A stretch of DNA of 64,000 nucleotides, taken from a virus. The stretch is taken from positions 4,039-68,038 of the IMG/VR virus record IMGVR_UViG_3300028607_003036, one strand, 5' to 3'. The notes under the pieces are model-generated. The model had not been told where the DNA came from. It did no database searches and saw only the letters and a program-made list of their open reading frames with translations. Of this stretch, positions 37,794 to 46,566 are shown piece by piece. Each line of letters starts with the position of its first letter. The first letter of the stretch is position 1. The translations under genes were made by a program, and so were the position numbers.

Positions 37794-38378
37794 TCAAGTG
37801 AATAAATAATCTATTGGTATTCTTAAATCTAGAGTATCAGCTAAAAATTTATAATCCCAGTGTGATAGTTCAACTTCTTTATTAAAAATTGAGAGTAGTA
37901 TTAAATCTATCCGTTTATAAAATACATAAGTATATCTTTTATCAAAGAACTCTAAATCTTTTTTGGGTATTGCCATATAGAATAAATCATGCCACGTTTT
38001 TTCTGATTCATTTACTTTTCCATCACCAAAACTACCACGAGTATTAATTTGCCATTCGTCATTCCAGTAATATAATAGAATTAGAGATTCGTCGTGCTTT
38101 TCTTGGCATTCAAATGCCAACCAATTAAACTTTTTAAAATGTTGGCGAACCTCTCCCACATTGAAAAATCGTGAAAATGCACGTGCTACTAGATCTCCAG
38201 TCTGTTTATTTAATACAAGCCCTCTACATTCTTTTACTATTGGACTTAGCTTCGGAGAATCTTTAGTATAGTTTAAGATGACCCTGTCATCAGTTGGATG
38301 GTAGCACGCACGAAGCGTGTATTTGTCTATGATCTTTTCAAGAGGAGCTTTTTTTAACATTCTTTGTATTTTTAACAT
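37794..38378 (-). pseudogene. Truncated or degenerate T4 Rnl1-like RNA ligase
   Basis: ECRGLVL, RAFSRFFN, TRGSF are present; motif I reads EKHDES; motif III Glu and motifs IV/V are absent; 194 aa. Confidence 0.65.
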
Positions 38379-39040
38379 TTTGGAAATAAATCCTCCATTA
38401 AACTTTTGTTTCTAGGATGTTTTCCTATTTTAAACCAACTACCTATATACTCTGAATACTTCGGAGGTACAGCCTCCGCAATAGAATGTTTGTTCTTAGT
38501 CCAGTGGATTTCCATAGCATCTTGCCACACAGATAGTTTATTAGAGCCGTTTCCACCATGACCGGCACATGTTATGTAATATTTTTCTTTAACTGTACCT
38601 GCATGTTTTATATGTTTAGGTTGTGGAACTTTAAATCCTTCAATTTCAAAGTGTCTATGTCTGATTACTCTGATTTTAAACATTTCTCCACACAACATCA
38701 AGTCTCGGCGGATTGGTGCTCGTGGTACATTCTCTATAACCCATGGTTTTCTAGACTTCAATAATAGTTGTCGTGTAGGATCTACAAGATCAGGATAAAC
38801 TTTACCACACCTAATATGTTTTATTGAACCAAAACTATAAAGTTGACATGGTGGTGATGCCCAAATAAAATCGAATTTCTGAAGAAATTCTGTAGTTAAT
38901 TCTAATACATCCCCCTTGATGAAGTTAAACGGATAATCTGGTTGATCTTCTTTATCTATTCCGGTAATATCAGTTAGGCCAGCGTTTTTTAATCCTGTTG
39001 CCGCACCACCGGCACCACAATATAGGTCTAATATTTTCAT
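38372..39040 (-). CDS. C5 cytosine DNA methyltransferase (short phage type)
   Basis: LDLYCGAGG, ASPPCQ, IENV, terminal EAVPP. Confidence 0.9.
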   Translation of the reverse strand: MKILDLYCGAGGAATGLKNAGLTDITGIDKEDQPDYPFNFIKGDVLELTTEFLQKFDFIWASPPCQLYSFGSIKHIRCGKVYPDLVDPTRQLLLKSRKPWVIENVPRAPIRRDLMLCGEMFKIRVIRHRHFEIEGFKVPQPKHIKHAGTVKEKYYITCAGHGGNGSNKLSVWQDAMEIHWTKNKHSIAEAVPPKYSEYIGSWFKIGKHPRNKSLMEDLFPKC

Positions 39041-39053
39041 AATATTTTTTAAT

Positions 39054-39179
39054 CTATTTTTTATTTAATAATTTTGAAAATCTATTAGATAAACTAGATT
39101 TATATTGTCTTCTCCAACATCTACTAGCTTTACGTCGTGTTTTTTTAGCACTTATCTTATATTGATGTTTTTTACTCAT
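39054..39179 (-). CDS. 41-aa highly basic peptide
   Basis: MSKKHQYKISAKKTRRKASRCWRRQYKSSLSNRFSKLLNKK; the start overlaps the upstream gene end. Confidence 0.5.
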   Translation of the reverse strand: MSKKHQYKISAKKTRRKASRCWRRQYKSSLSNRFSKLLNKK

Positions 39180-39591
39180 TCCAGGGAACCTTTCCAATTA
39201 GTTTTTTATAGTGGTCACTCCATCTTAATTTTCCAAGTTCTATCATAAGGCGAAATTTGGGTATTGCGAACGACATCCAAGTTACTGCCCAAACAGTTCC
39301 TAATTCTATTGGCTTAATACCAAAATTAACTAAAGAAATATATGACGCTAATGTATATATTATAAATCTAGTTGGTGCTACTCCAAATGTTACAATATAT
39401 AGTGTGATTTGATCTTTGTCACATCCATACCAAAATCCTAACATCCAAGTTAAATTAGCAAAAAATGTTGCGGCCCCCATTATTAATAAAGATGTTTCAC
39501 CCAGTGAAACTACTATAATTATCCAAATAAAAACTATAAAAGTTAATTCAATTATACATTTACGAAGTATTATATTTTTATTAATATTCAA
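39172..39591 (-). CDS. Multi-pass membrane protein
   Basis: About four hydrophobic segments. Confidence 0.7.
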   Translation of the reverse strand: MNINKNIILRKCIIELTFIVFIWIIIVVSLGETSLLIMGAATFFANLTWMLGFWYGCDKDQITLYIVTFGVAPTRFIIYTLASYISLVNFGIKPIELGTVWAVTWMSFAIPKFRLMIELGKLRWSDHYKKLIGKVPWNE

Positions 39592-39872
39592 TTTTTCAAT
39601 TTCCTAATACTAACTACTGCATCGGTGCAAAAGATTCCTAATCTTGTCATATGCCTCATTATTTGGATAGGATATCCCACCGTTATATATCCTACTTTAA
39701 CTATTTTTTCTTCAATCAGTGCTCCATTAATAGTTACTGTTTCATTTATTAGTACTGATATTGTGCCCGTTTTACTTTTGTTTCCTATTGTAGTTATTAT
39801 AAATTCAGTTGTTTTCGTCTTTACTTTTAATTTAAGGGGTCTTTTGTGTTCCGCTAGATTTATTTCTTTCAT
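39588..39872 (-). CDS. Hypothetical protein
   Basis: 94-aa coupled ORF. Confidence 0.6.
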   Translation of the reverse strand: MKEINLAEHKRPLKLKVKTKTTEFIITTIGNKSKTGTISVLINETVTINGALIEEKIVKVGYITVGYPIQIMRHMTRLGIFCTDAVVSIRKLKN

Positions 39873-40059
39873 TTTGTAACCATTTCCAGTCTACTCTTTT
39901 TATAGAATTTAATAGAAAATATTTTATAATATGTAAAGGATATGCATTTTGCAATGAATTTGCTACTTGTTCTATATCTGATTTTAACTTTATGGGGCTT
40001 ACATCACAATGTTCGAGATAAGTTTTGATTAGACTGGTTTCTAAATTTGGTTCTTTCAA
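39832..40059 (-). CDS. Hypothetical protein
   Basis: 75-aa ORF. Confidence 0.55.
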   Translation of the reverse strand: MKEPNLETSLIKTYLEHCDVSPIKLKSDIEQVANSLQNAYPLHIIKYFLLNSIKRVDWKWLQNERNKSSGTQKTP

Positions 40060-40082
40060 TTCGTTTCACTCACTTTCAATAT

Positions 40083-40110
40083 AAAAAGAGGAGGAGAATC
40101 CTTTCCCCTC
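40083..40110 (-). terminator. Probable Rho-independent terminator
   Basis: GAGGGGA-AAGGAT-TCTCCTC then CTC and T5, after the 40124 stop. Confidence 0.6.
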
Positions 40111-40123
40111 CCGTATTTCTAAG

Positions 40124-40333
40124 TTACACTGGTTGCAACTTATTTTGCTTAGCCGCACACTTTAGGGCACGGGTTAGATTACGCTTATTAACTCGTGAAA
40201 ATACACGACGACTTCCGTCACGTACCATTTGGACTCGTTCCACACTAAAATCACCATTAACATCCTGGGTAACAGTGACATTAAATTCCTTCTTACTAGT
40301 GCTGGAACTACAACGTGGTTGACTATTAGACAT
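40124..40333 (-). CDS. Small basic protein in a stand-alone unit
   Basis: AGGAG SD, long upstream spacer, downstream terminator. Confidence 0.8.
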   Translation of the reverse strand: MSNSQPRCSSSTSKKEFNVTVTQDVNGDFSVERVQMVRDGSRRVFSRVNKRNLTRALKCAAKQNKLQPV

Positions 40334-40512
40334 AATAAAAATCTCCTAAAAAGTTATCCTAGTAAATACGACTCACTCAAGTCAGATTGTGTTATGCTTC
40401 AACATTTTCTCCTTTGTTTTCGAACGTTTGGGGAATTGTACTGGTCCGCTTAGTTGTCCTATATTTGCGACAATATTCAATATAATCTTTTAGACTACCT
40501 AATAAGTTTCGT

Positions 40513-41409
40513 CTATTCATAGATAAACTCCAGTGTTCTTTCTAATCCGAGCCCCTTAAAATTAGTATCAGAAAAATGTCGTATAGTAATCATAGAGGGA
40601 TTAATAAAGTGTTTTGTAAATTTACGTCTTTGCATCTTAATATTTAATGAAATATGTTCGCTTTGAGGGTCATTAGGACCACCCCACCCCTCATATCTAC
40701 CAATTAAATGAGCAATCTTATAAATTCCAATGCCCCCAAAGCAAGAGCGGACTGGAATTGGTGATTTACCCCTTTGTAATTCCGAGACCAAATCCCCTTT
40801 CTTATCTAGAAAGTGATAAAATTTTCTTCTCTCATTATTAGGCATAATCACAGGAAAACAGTCATAAAAAACTGGTTTATCATTTACAAATTGTAATCCG
40901 TTAGATCCAATCATTGAGAAATCTGGTATAGCAAAACTATTAGCAACACCATCAATACTCCAACCGCCATGAAGATCAGGATCAACCACCACCATATAAT
41001 CAAAATTACTGTATTGACTATAGACTTTATCAAGGTATTTATTTCTATACTTCGCCATAAGTTGAACACGTTGTAAATCCTCACCCCTAATATTAGGATT
41101 ATTTAGATCTTCCATTTCTAAATCTAAATTTGGATCTTGCTTTTCCCAACTACTTAAAAACTGTTTTGTATCATCAGTTGAATCACTTTCGTAGATTATA
41201 ATTTTGTAATTTTTAAAGTACGATGCAAGCTTTTCAATACGTGCTTTAGAATAAGGAAATATCTCTGCAATATTTCTAATGCAACAACATATTACGGCAG
41301 ACGATGATTTCATACAGCTATAACCATTTTGTACATCTGCATAGTAAGATTCGTTGCTACCATCAACTGGAAACTTTAATTCTGGAAAAAAAGATAAATC
41401 TCTACTCAT
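40513..41409 (-). CDS. GT-A glycosyltransferase (CAP59/GT69-like)
   Basis: IYESDSTDDT, MAKYRNKYL, VVDPDL, PVRSCFGGIGIY. Confidence 0.8.
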   Translation of the reverse strand: MSRDLSFFPELKFPVDGSNESYYADVQNGYSCMKSSSAVICCCIRNIAEIFPYSKARIEKLASYFKNYKIIIYESDSTDDTKQFLSSWEKQDPNLDLEMEDLNNPNIRGEDLQRVQLMAKYRNKYLDKVYSQYSNFDYMVVVDPDLHGGWSIDGVANSFAIPDFSMIGSNGLQFVNDKPVFYDCFPVIMPNNERRKFYHFLDKKGDLVSELQRGKSPIPVRSCFGGIGIYKIAHLIGRYEGWGGPNDPQSEHISLNIKMQRRKFTKHFINPSMITIRHFSDTNFKGLGLERTLEFIYE

Positions 41410-41606
41410 TTTTTAGTACCCATAAGTGTATTGAAAAAGGATCTCTGTGATTTACCATCCATATCATATACTAGAGCCTGGAAAAATGCAAACATACATG
41501 ACTCACACATATCTACAACGTCTGGTACATTTTGAAAAGACATTTGTCTAGTTGAGGTAGAATAAACCTTATTCTTTATACATATATCACATACTGTTAT
41601 TTTCAT
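41406..41606 (-). CDS. Small Cys-containing hypothetical protein
   Basis: Start at 41606 after AGGAG; CDIC...CESC. Confidence 0.65.
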   Translation of the reverse strand: MKITVCDICIKNKVYSTSTRQMSFQNVPDVVDMCESCMFAFFQALVYDMDGKSQRSFFNTLMGTKK

Positions 41607-41633
41607 TTTTCCTTTTCTCCTACTACTATGTTC

Positions 41634-41702
41634 ATAGAGCATATAGTATCACCTATTGTTGTTAATCTAACTCGTTCTATTAAAATTATATCCACTCTAG
41701 CA
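41634..41702. repeat. Intergenic 69-bp inverted copy of a G8 gene segment
   Basis: Exact reverse complement of 24898-24966. Confidence 0.95.
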
Positions 41703-41713
41703 AGTGTCTTCAA
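41685..41713 (-). promoter_or_regulatory. Hybrid sigma-70-like promoter TTGAAG-N17-TATAAT
   Basis: The -35 comes from the neuA stop region and the -10 from the duplicated 69-bp piece. Confidence 0.45.
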
Positions 41714-42411
41714 GAATCTTTTTTTCTCCATATAATAGCTTCTGCAATCCAAAAATCGTCTTCGTTATCTATATCATGTGCTTCAATTTTATCAATATAA
41801 AATGGATATATATAATCTGTAAAAAAGTGTTGACATTTAATAAAATCTTCAAATTTTGCACCATATAATCCTGTAGGTCTTAATGGGAAATAATGATCCT
41901 GCCTCCTTGTATTTTTTTTGTGAAAGTTTTCATGATCTAAATATGGTATTAAACATTTATTATCGTTTGAAAGTGATAGTGTTGGTGGAAAGTCTACTTC
42001 TGTTACGGCTATTATTGATGTATAAGCTAGATCTAAAGTGATTAATTGATTAAACGATTTAACAAATTTATTCACTGTTTCATTTTTAATCATTACATAT
42101 GGTGGTAGAATCCAATAAATTTGATCAAACTTTTCGTAAAGTTTACTTTTTGCAACACTACATACCATATCTACAGCAGTTTTTTCAGATAATCTTTTAG
42201 AAGTTTCCGGGTATGATGAATGTTGCTTAGCTACATCTAAAATATCCTGTGAATCAGATGCGACTATTACTTCTGTAAAATTATTTTGTGCTGCGTCTAA
42301 ACAATAATATATAAGTGGTTGTCCACATAGATCTCGTATATTCTTGTCTTTGACACCAACAGAACCGCCACGTGTTGGAATAACGCAAAGGGATTTTATA
42401 ATATTATCCAT
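41710..42411 (-). CDS. neuA: Acylneuraminate cytidylyltransferase (NeuA/PseF/LegF type)
   Basis: IPTRGGSVGVKDKNIR.L.G.PLIYY, ASDS, DIDNEDDF. Confidence 0.88.
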   Translation of the reverse strand: MDNIIKSLCVIPTRGGSVGVKDKNIRDLCGQPLIYYCLDAAQNNFTEVIVASDSQDILDVAKQHSSYPETSKRLSEKTAVDMVCSVAKSKLYEKFDQIYWILPPYVMIKNETVNKFVKSFNQLITLDLAYTSIIAVTEVDFPPTLSLSNDNKCLIPYLDHENFHKKNTRRQDHYFPLRPTGLYGAKFEDFIKCQHFFTDYIYPFYIDKIEAHDIDNEDDFWIAEAIIWRKKDS

Positions 42412-43027
42412 GGAAAATTATTTTCCTTTCTTGTTCCATTTTGATTAACAAGTTTCTTTCTAAATTATAGTCGTGGCAAGCTGGTTTTGCTTTGGGCTTG
42501 TTCCAGTGATAGTGCCCCGTTAAAACATTCTTATCTTTTTTTGACCCGAATCCAAAAACGTGTGGAGAGATACCCGATTGAACCAGTAACGATATGATAA
42601 ATGCTCCCATAGACATATGTATGGAAATATTGTATTTAAAAAGATTTTGGTGGACCCATCTATTTGAGTGAAATACTTCTAATGACTCATCTAAATTTTC
42701 ACCATATTCTGCTAAAATTTTTGGCTCACAATCAACCAATACTTTAGTACCTCGCAGTTCTTTAATAAAATTTTTACCCGGCTGTTCTATACCATTTCTT
42801 ATGTCGGGAGAAGCTTTTAGAACATGAAGGTTGACACATCTTAAAGTAACTTTTTTACCAACATCTTTCTCAAATCCTAGAGTCGTAGCTCTATTAAATC
42901 TAACGACTTCGTCGTGTGAATCTATTTCCATACCTTGGCCAGCATGTAATAAACTATCAGCAGATCCAATAATAGCTACATCTTCATTAAGATATAAATC
43001 TGGCTTTATAAATAATATTCTTATCAT
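42404..43027 (-). CDS. GT29 sialyltransferase-like
   Basis: Sialylmotif L VAIIGS...G.EIDSHDEVVRFN.A...GFEKDVG.K.T; S-like SMGAFII; HY; VS-like HDYNLE. Confidence 0.88.
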   Translation of the reverse strand: MIRILFIKPDLYLNEDVAIIGSADSLLHAGQGMEIDSHDEVVRFNRATTLGFEKDVGKKVTLRCVNLHVLKASPDIRNGIEQPGKNFIKELRGTKVLVDCEPKILAEYGENLDESLEVFHSNRWVHQNLFKYNISIHMSMGAFIISLLVQSGISPHVFGFGSKKDKNVLTGHYHWNKPKAKPACHDYNLERNLLIKMEQERKIIFHG

Positions 43028-43485
43028 TGTTTTATTCTTTTTATTACTATTATTCTATCTTCAATCCAGCTAACATTAAAACCTTTTTGTTCTACATAAG
43101 GTAGAATTTTACAATCATCGCTTTTAGCGTTATCTATACATACAATTGCATGAGGATATAAAAATCTTTCTATCAGAAGATATTCTTGTAAACTATAATC
43201 TGTATTAAGTAGGACAAAGTCAAGTGGTGAATGTAAGAGTTTTAAGAGATTTAGACTATCTCCTCCTGATAAATAAACATAATCAAGGAGACTCTTGGTT
43301 TCCAGATATTCTTCACATACTAATGTATCTATACTTATTGCTACATAATCATGTTCATATTTAGAATTTTTAATAAAATTACAAATGTGTTCTGTTGAAT
43401 GTGCGGTACATCCAGTTTCTAAGATTATTAAGTCTCGTTGTAGTTTATCTTCTAACTCTTGAAGAAGGGGTATTAACCTCTGCAT
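43024..43485 (-). CDS. Class I SAM methyltransferase-like
   Basis: ILETG, GDSL..L, LDFVLL, IVCIDN. Confidence 0.55.
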   Translation of the reverse strand: MQRLIPLLQELEDKLQRDLIILETGCTAHSTEHICNFIKNSKYEHDYVAISIDTLVCEEYLETKSLLDYVYLSGGDSLNLLKLLHSPLDFVLLNTDYSLQEYLLIERFLYPHAIVCIDNAKSDDCKILPYVEQKGFNVSWIEDRIIVIKRIKQ

Positions 43486-44516
43486 GCTGTCCTCATAAAT
43501 GAAAGTTCTTGTTCGGGGGTTAGTTCAAAAGGGGGTTGTGCTGTGATTGGATCTTGTTGCTTTGGATTAATGTTATTTAAAGTGTCTTCGATATCATCAA
43601 ATAATTTTATATTTAATTCACGAGCAAAAAATGCAGCTTCTTCTAGTCGTGGTTTAATAATATTATTCATTTCTGGATTCTTAATAAGATATGAGTCACA
43701 AAATGAATTTTGTCCATCTCTTATAGAGATACTATCATTCCAAGATATACATGCTCCTATAGCAACAATCATTTTTTTAAAATTTTCTATCCAATGATCT
43801 GATTTCACCCATTCATGCTTGTCTCCAAAATACTGTGCACCTATTCCTGGAGAATTAGACTGGTGTAACATATATGGATAATCGTCTCGGTTACTATTGC
43901 CAGATACAGAATTTAAAAATCCATAAATTTGCTCGGTGAATCTAAAACAGGATGGATTAACCACGTTTGTTATTTTAGCTGTGCACTGTAAGTCTTTGGT
44001 ACGTATAACATTATGCCATGCCCCGTGCCACAACTTTGATTGCTCGGCAATTCTTGCTGTGGCTGTGTCTCCAATTATACTTGGTCGCTTGTACAACTTT
44101 CCTTTTTGAGTTACTTCACCATAGCATCCACCAGAAACAATAAACTTGTCAACACTGCCCCTTGAAGAAACGTAAGTCGGATGGGTTCTTAGGAATTCTA
44201 TATCTCTAGCCACTCCAGATAAGAAAAAGAAATCATCATTATCTACACAAAGTGTCAGCGGAGTACCAATATAATCAACTATGGTTGCAATTTTGTGATG
44301 AAATTCTGTTAAAGTTTTGTCTGGACCAAAATAGTGATATTCATACTCAAGATTTGGTAGTGTATCAAGTTGTGTCAACCAAGATATTTCTTCTTGACCC
44401 CCGTCTGCTACAATTATTTTCCACGGACATTGCACCATATCCATATAATGGAAGAACCGTTTGGTGTATTGTTGCCTCCCACAAAGAATCAATAAAATAG
44501 TTAGGTTACTTTTCAT
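43473..44516 (-). CDS. TIGR00180-like glycosyltransferase
   Basis: R..YTKRFF.Y, IIVADGG, TPLTLCVDNDDF. Confidence 0.75.
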   Translation of the reverse strand: MKSNLTILLILCGRQQYTKRFFHYMDMVQCPWKIIVADGGQEEISWLTQLDTLPNLEYEYHYFGPDKTLTEFHHKIATIVDYIGTPLTLCVDNDDFFFLSGVARDIEFLRTHPTYVSSRGSVDKFIVSGGCYGEVTQKGKLYKRPSIIGDTATARIAEQSKLWHGAWHNVIRTKDLQCTAKITNVVNPSCFRFTEQIYGFLNSVSGNSNRDDYPYMLHQSNSPGIGAQYFGDKHEWVKSDHWIENFKKMIVAIGACISWNDSISIRDGQNSFCDSYLIKNPEMNNIIKPRLEEAAFFARELNIKLFDDIEDTLNNINPKQQDPITAQPPFELTPEQELSFMRTACRG

Positions 44517-44629
44517 CTTAACATCCGTCCAAATAATATTAAAATATAACCTGATATATAGTACATAATGCTTATAAAAACTATTGTATAAATTGTGACA
44601 GAGACTATATCTTTAATTAGATTCCACAC
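44513..44629 (-). CDS. 38-aa membrane peptide
   Basis: MWNLIKDIVSVTIYTIVFISIMYYISGYILILFGRMLR; the TGA overlaps the next ATG. Confidence 0.5.
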   Translation of the reverse strand: MWNLIKDIVSVTIYTIVFISIMYYISGYILILFGRMLR

Positions 44630-44665
44630 GGCTTATAATTTTATATCTTCTACAAAGTATCATGG

Positions 44666-45547
44666 TTAATTAATATTTTCTTGATTTTTAACTTGTTCTA
44701 TACTTAATGCGTATTCTCTGTCAAGATTTGAATGTGGTTCTGGTGAGAAAAGGGCAATTTGAAATCTTCCTAGGTTTATATTATTCCACATATCGGTTTC
44801 AATAGAAGTTTGCGACGTTGTAAGAAATGTTGGTATATCCACACCGTGGTACATACTTGTAGTGAATATTATCATACATGTGCCCATTGCGTATTCATCT
44901 AAATACACTTTTTCTTCTCTTGAATTCAAAACATAGAATCCGCCATTTTCATAGTTACCTTTTGGATGTTTATCGGTTAATGTAATTCCACCAATAATTT
45001 TTTGGTTTTTAGGACTGTCCACGTGTGTTGAAATTTTCCCTGCAAATAAAGGGTAGTGTATGGCTCTAATACGATCAATCGTACCATCACTTGGAATATT
45101 GCTTTTAAACTCATCTGGTTTAAATCCACTAATCACTTTTAATTGACTCCAAGCTTCATCAACATATGGAAATATATTTACCTCATCTTTGTTCCATCTG
45201 AAAAAGTAATACGCATGATCAATAGATTCATAGCCTCCAGCGGGTCCAATGGGTGAATCTACAATAATATGATGATTAGGACATTCATCTAGAATTTTAT
45301 GGCTTTGTGGAGGAATAGATTTTCCCCAATTAAAAATTCGTTTTCTTAAACTTGTTGCTTCATCTTTAGTTAAAACATTTTGGATGATATAAATATCACC
45401 AGAATAAAAATTATCAATCATATCTAAGATTTCAGAAGGTAATAAATTAATATATCTTTCAAACTCCATCACATGGAGGTCTCTTACAAACCTCGGATAT
45501 GATACTATGCTTTCTAAATAATTCCATCTTTCTTTACATGGGTTCAT
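44666..45547 (-). CDS. 2OG-Fe(II) oxygenase
   Basis: HYP...THVD...NGGF...YHGV...RF (HxD...H...R). Confidence 0.8.
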   Translation of the reverse strand: MNPCKERWNYLESIVSYPRFVRDLHVMEFERYINLLPSEILDMIDNFYSGDIYIIQNVLTKDEATSLRKRIFNWGKSIPPQSHKILDECPNHHIIVDSPIGPAGGYESIDHAYYFFRWNKDEVNIFPYVDEAWSQLKVISGFKPDEFKSNIPSDGTIDRIRAIHYPLFAGKISTHVDSPKNQKIIGGITLTDKHPKGNYENGGFYVLNSREEKVYLDEYAMGTCMIIFTTSMYHGVDIPTFLTTSQTSIETDMWNNINLGRFQIALFSPEPHSNLDREYALSIEQVKNQENIN

Positions 45548-46566
45548 TTAAATCTCTTTACTATCTTGAGAATTTTTGCTATTTCGTCCTGAGACTCTTG
45601 TTTAAAAATAGGAAACAAATCTTGTGGGTTTTCACATCGTGCAAACTGTTTCATTTTATTTAGGCGTTGTGACTGTATGATATATCCTTCTATCTTTAGA
45701 TTTTTACATCTTAGCGATGCATCAGTATAATGCTCTTTGAATATAGAATTTTTATGACTACCGATATTTAAAGCCAATTCTTTTAGGTCTTTAGACTTAA
45801 AATCATCCTCATTAATTAAATTGATTAGTGGGGCCAAGTCAAGATCTAAAAAGTTAGGTTTAAATGGAATATCATTAGCTGTTTTGTCTGCTGTAAAATT
45901 AACTTTGGTAGATTGTTCTAAACTTCTAATCTGAAAGAATTCTGGTAATATATGTATCTTACCACGAAGTGCAAGAATTAATCCTAATACTTTGTCAAAG
46001 TAACGAAGTCCCCAAATCTCAGGATACTTGAGATGAAACTTATGTATCTTTTTTTGAACATCCGTCCTAATTATATTATGATTTTTAGCTGAAAATGTAT
46101 TCCAATGATGTTTTATTCTTTCTAGAGGATCGTCGTGATCTATCATCTCTACGAGATATTCAACTGTTTCATAGTCAAGACTGTCTTCATAGAGTGCGGC
46201 GCCATGACCACCTACAGCCACACATTCTGGGTGTTTATCTAAATATTTCAAACACTTAGGAATTGCCGGAAGTAATGTAAAATCGTCATCACAAGTGATT
46301 AACGTGTAGTCTGTGTCTACCATGTCTAACATCATATCAATTTTTTTGCAGTAGCTCCAGTTACAATTCCAATTATATTCAATATTATATTCATCTACAA
46401 TATTATCATTGTTAGAAATTATTAGTGGTTTTTCTGGAGTAGAATCAGCAACTATAATCTTACCAGGAAAATCTTTGTAATATTCAAGACAACGTCTCAA
46501 TGTTTTCCACCTATATTTTATTGGAATTATTATTGTTAAGTTCATTGCATCATATACTCTACACAT
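45544..46566 (-). CDS. TIGR00180-like glycosyltransferase
   Basis: IIPIKYR...RRCLEYY, IVADST, TDY.LITCDDDF, CLKYLDKHP. Confidence 0.85.
   Translation of the reverse strand: MCRVYDAMNLTIIIPIKYRWKTLRRCLEYYKDFPGKIIVADSTPEKPLIISNNDNIVDEYNIEYNWNCNWSYCKKIDMMLDMVDTDYTLITCDDDFTLLPAIPKCLKYLDKHPECVAVGGHGAALYEDSLDYETVEYLVEMIDHDDPLERIKHHWNTFSAKNHNIIRTDVQKKIHKFHLKYPEIWGLRYFDKVLGLILALRGKIHILPEFFQIRSLEQSTKVNFTADKTANDIPFKPNFLDLDLAPLINLINEDDFKSKDLKELALNIGSHKNSIFKEHYTDASLRCKNLKIEGYIIQSQRLNKMKQFARCENPQDLFPIFKQESQDEIAKILKIVKRFK

Noticed and set aside
40400-40475. c-di-GMP-I riboswitch (CAAAC...GAAA and GCAAA words)
   Set aside because: The elements are in the wrong order and the stem closing GAAA does not pair.
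24898-41702. Diversity-generating retroelement template/variable repeat pair
   Set aside because: The copies are identical with no adenine-specific mismatches, and no reverse transcriptase is in the window.
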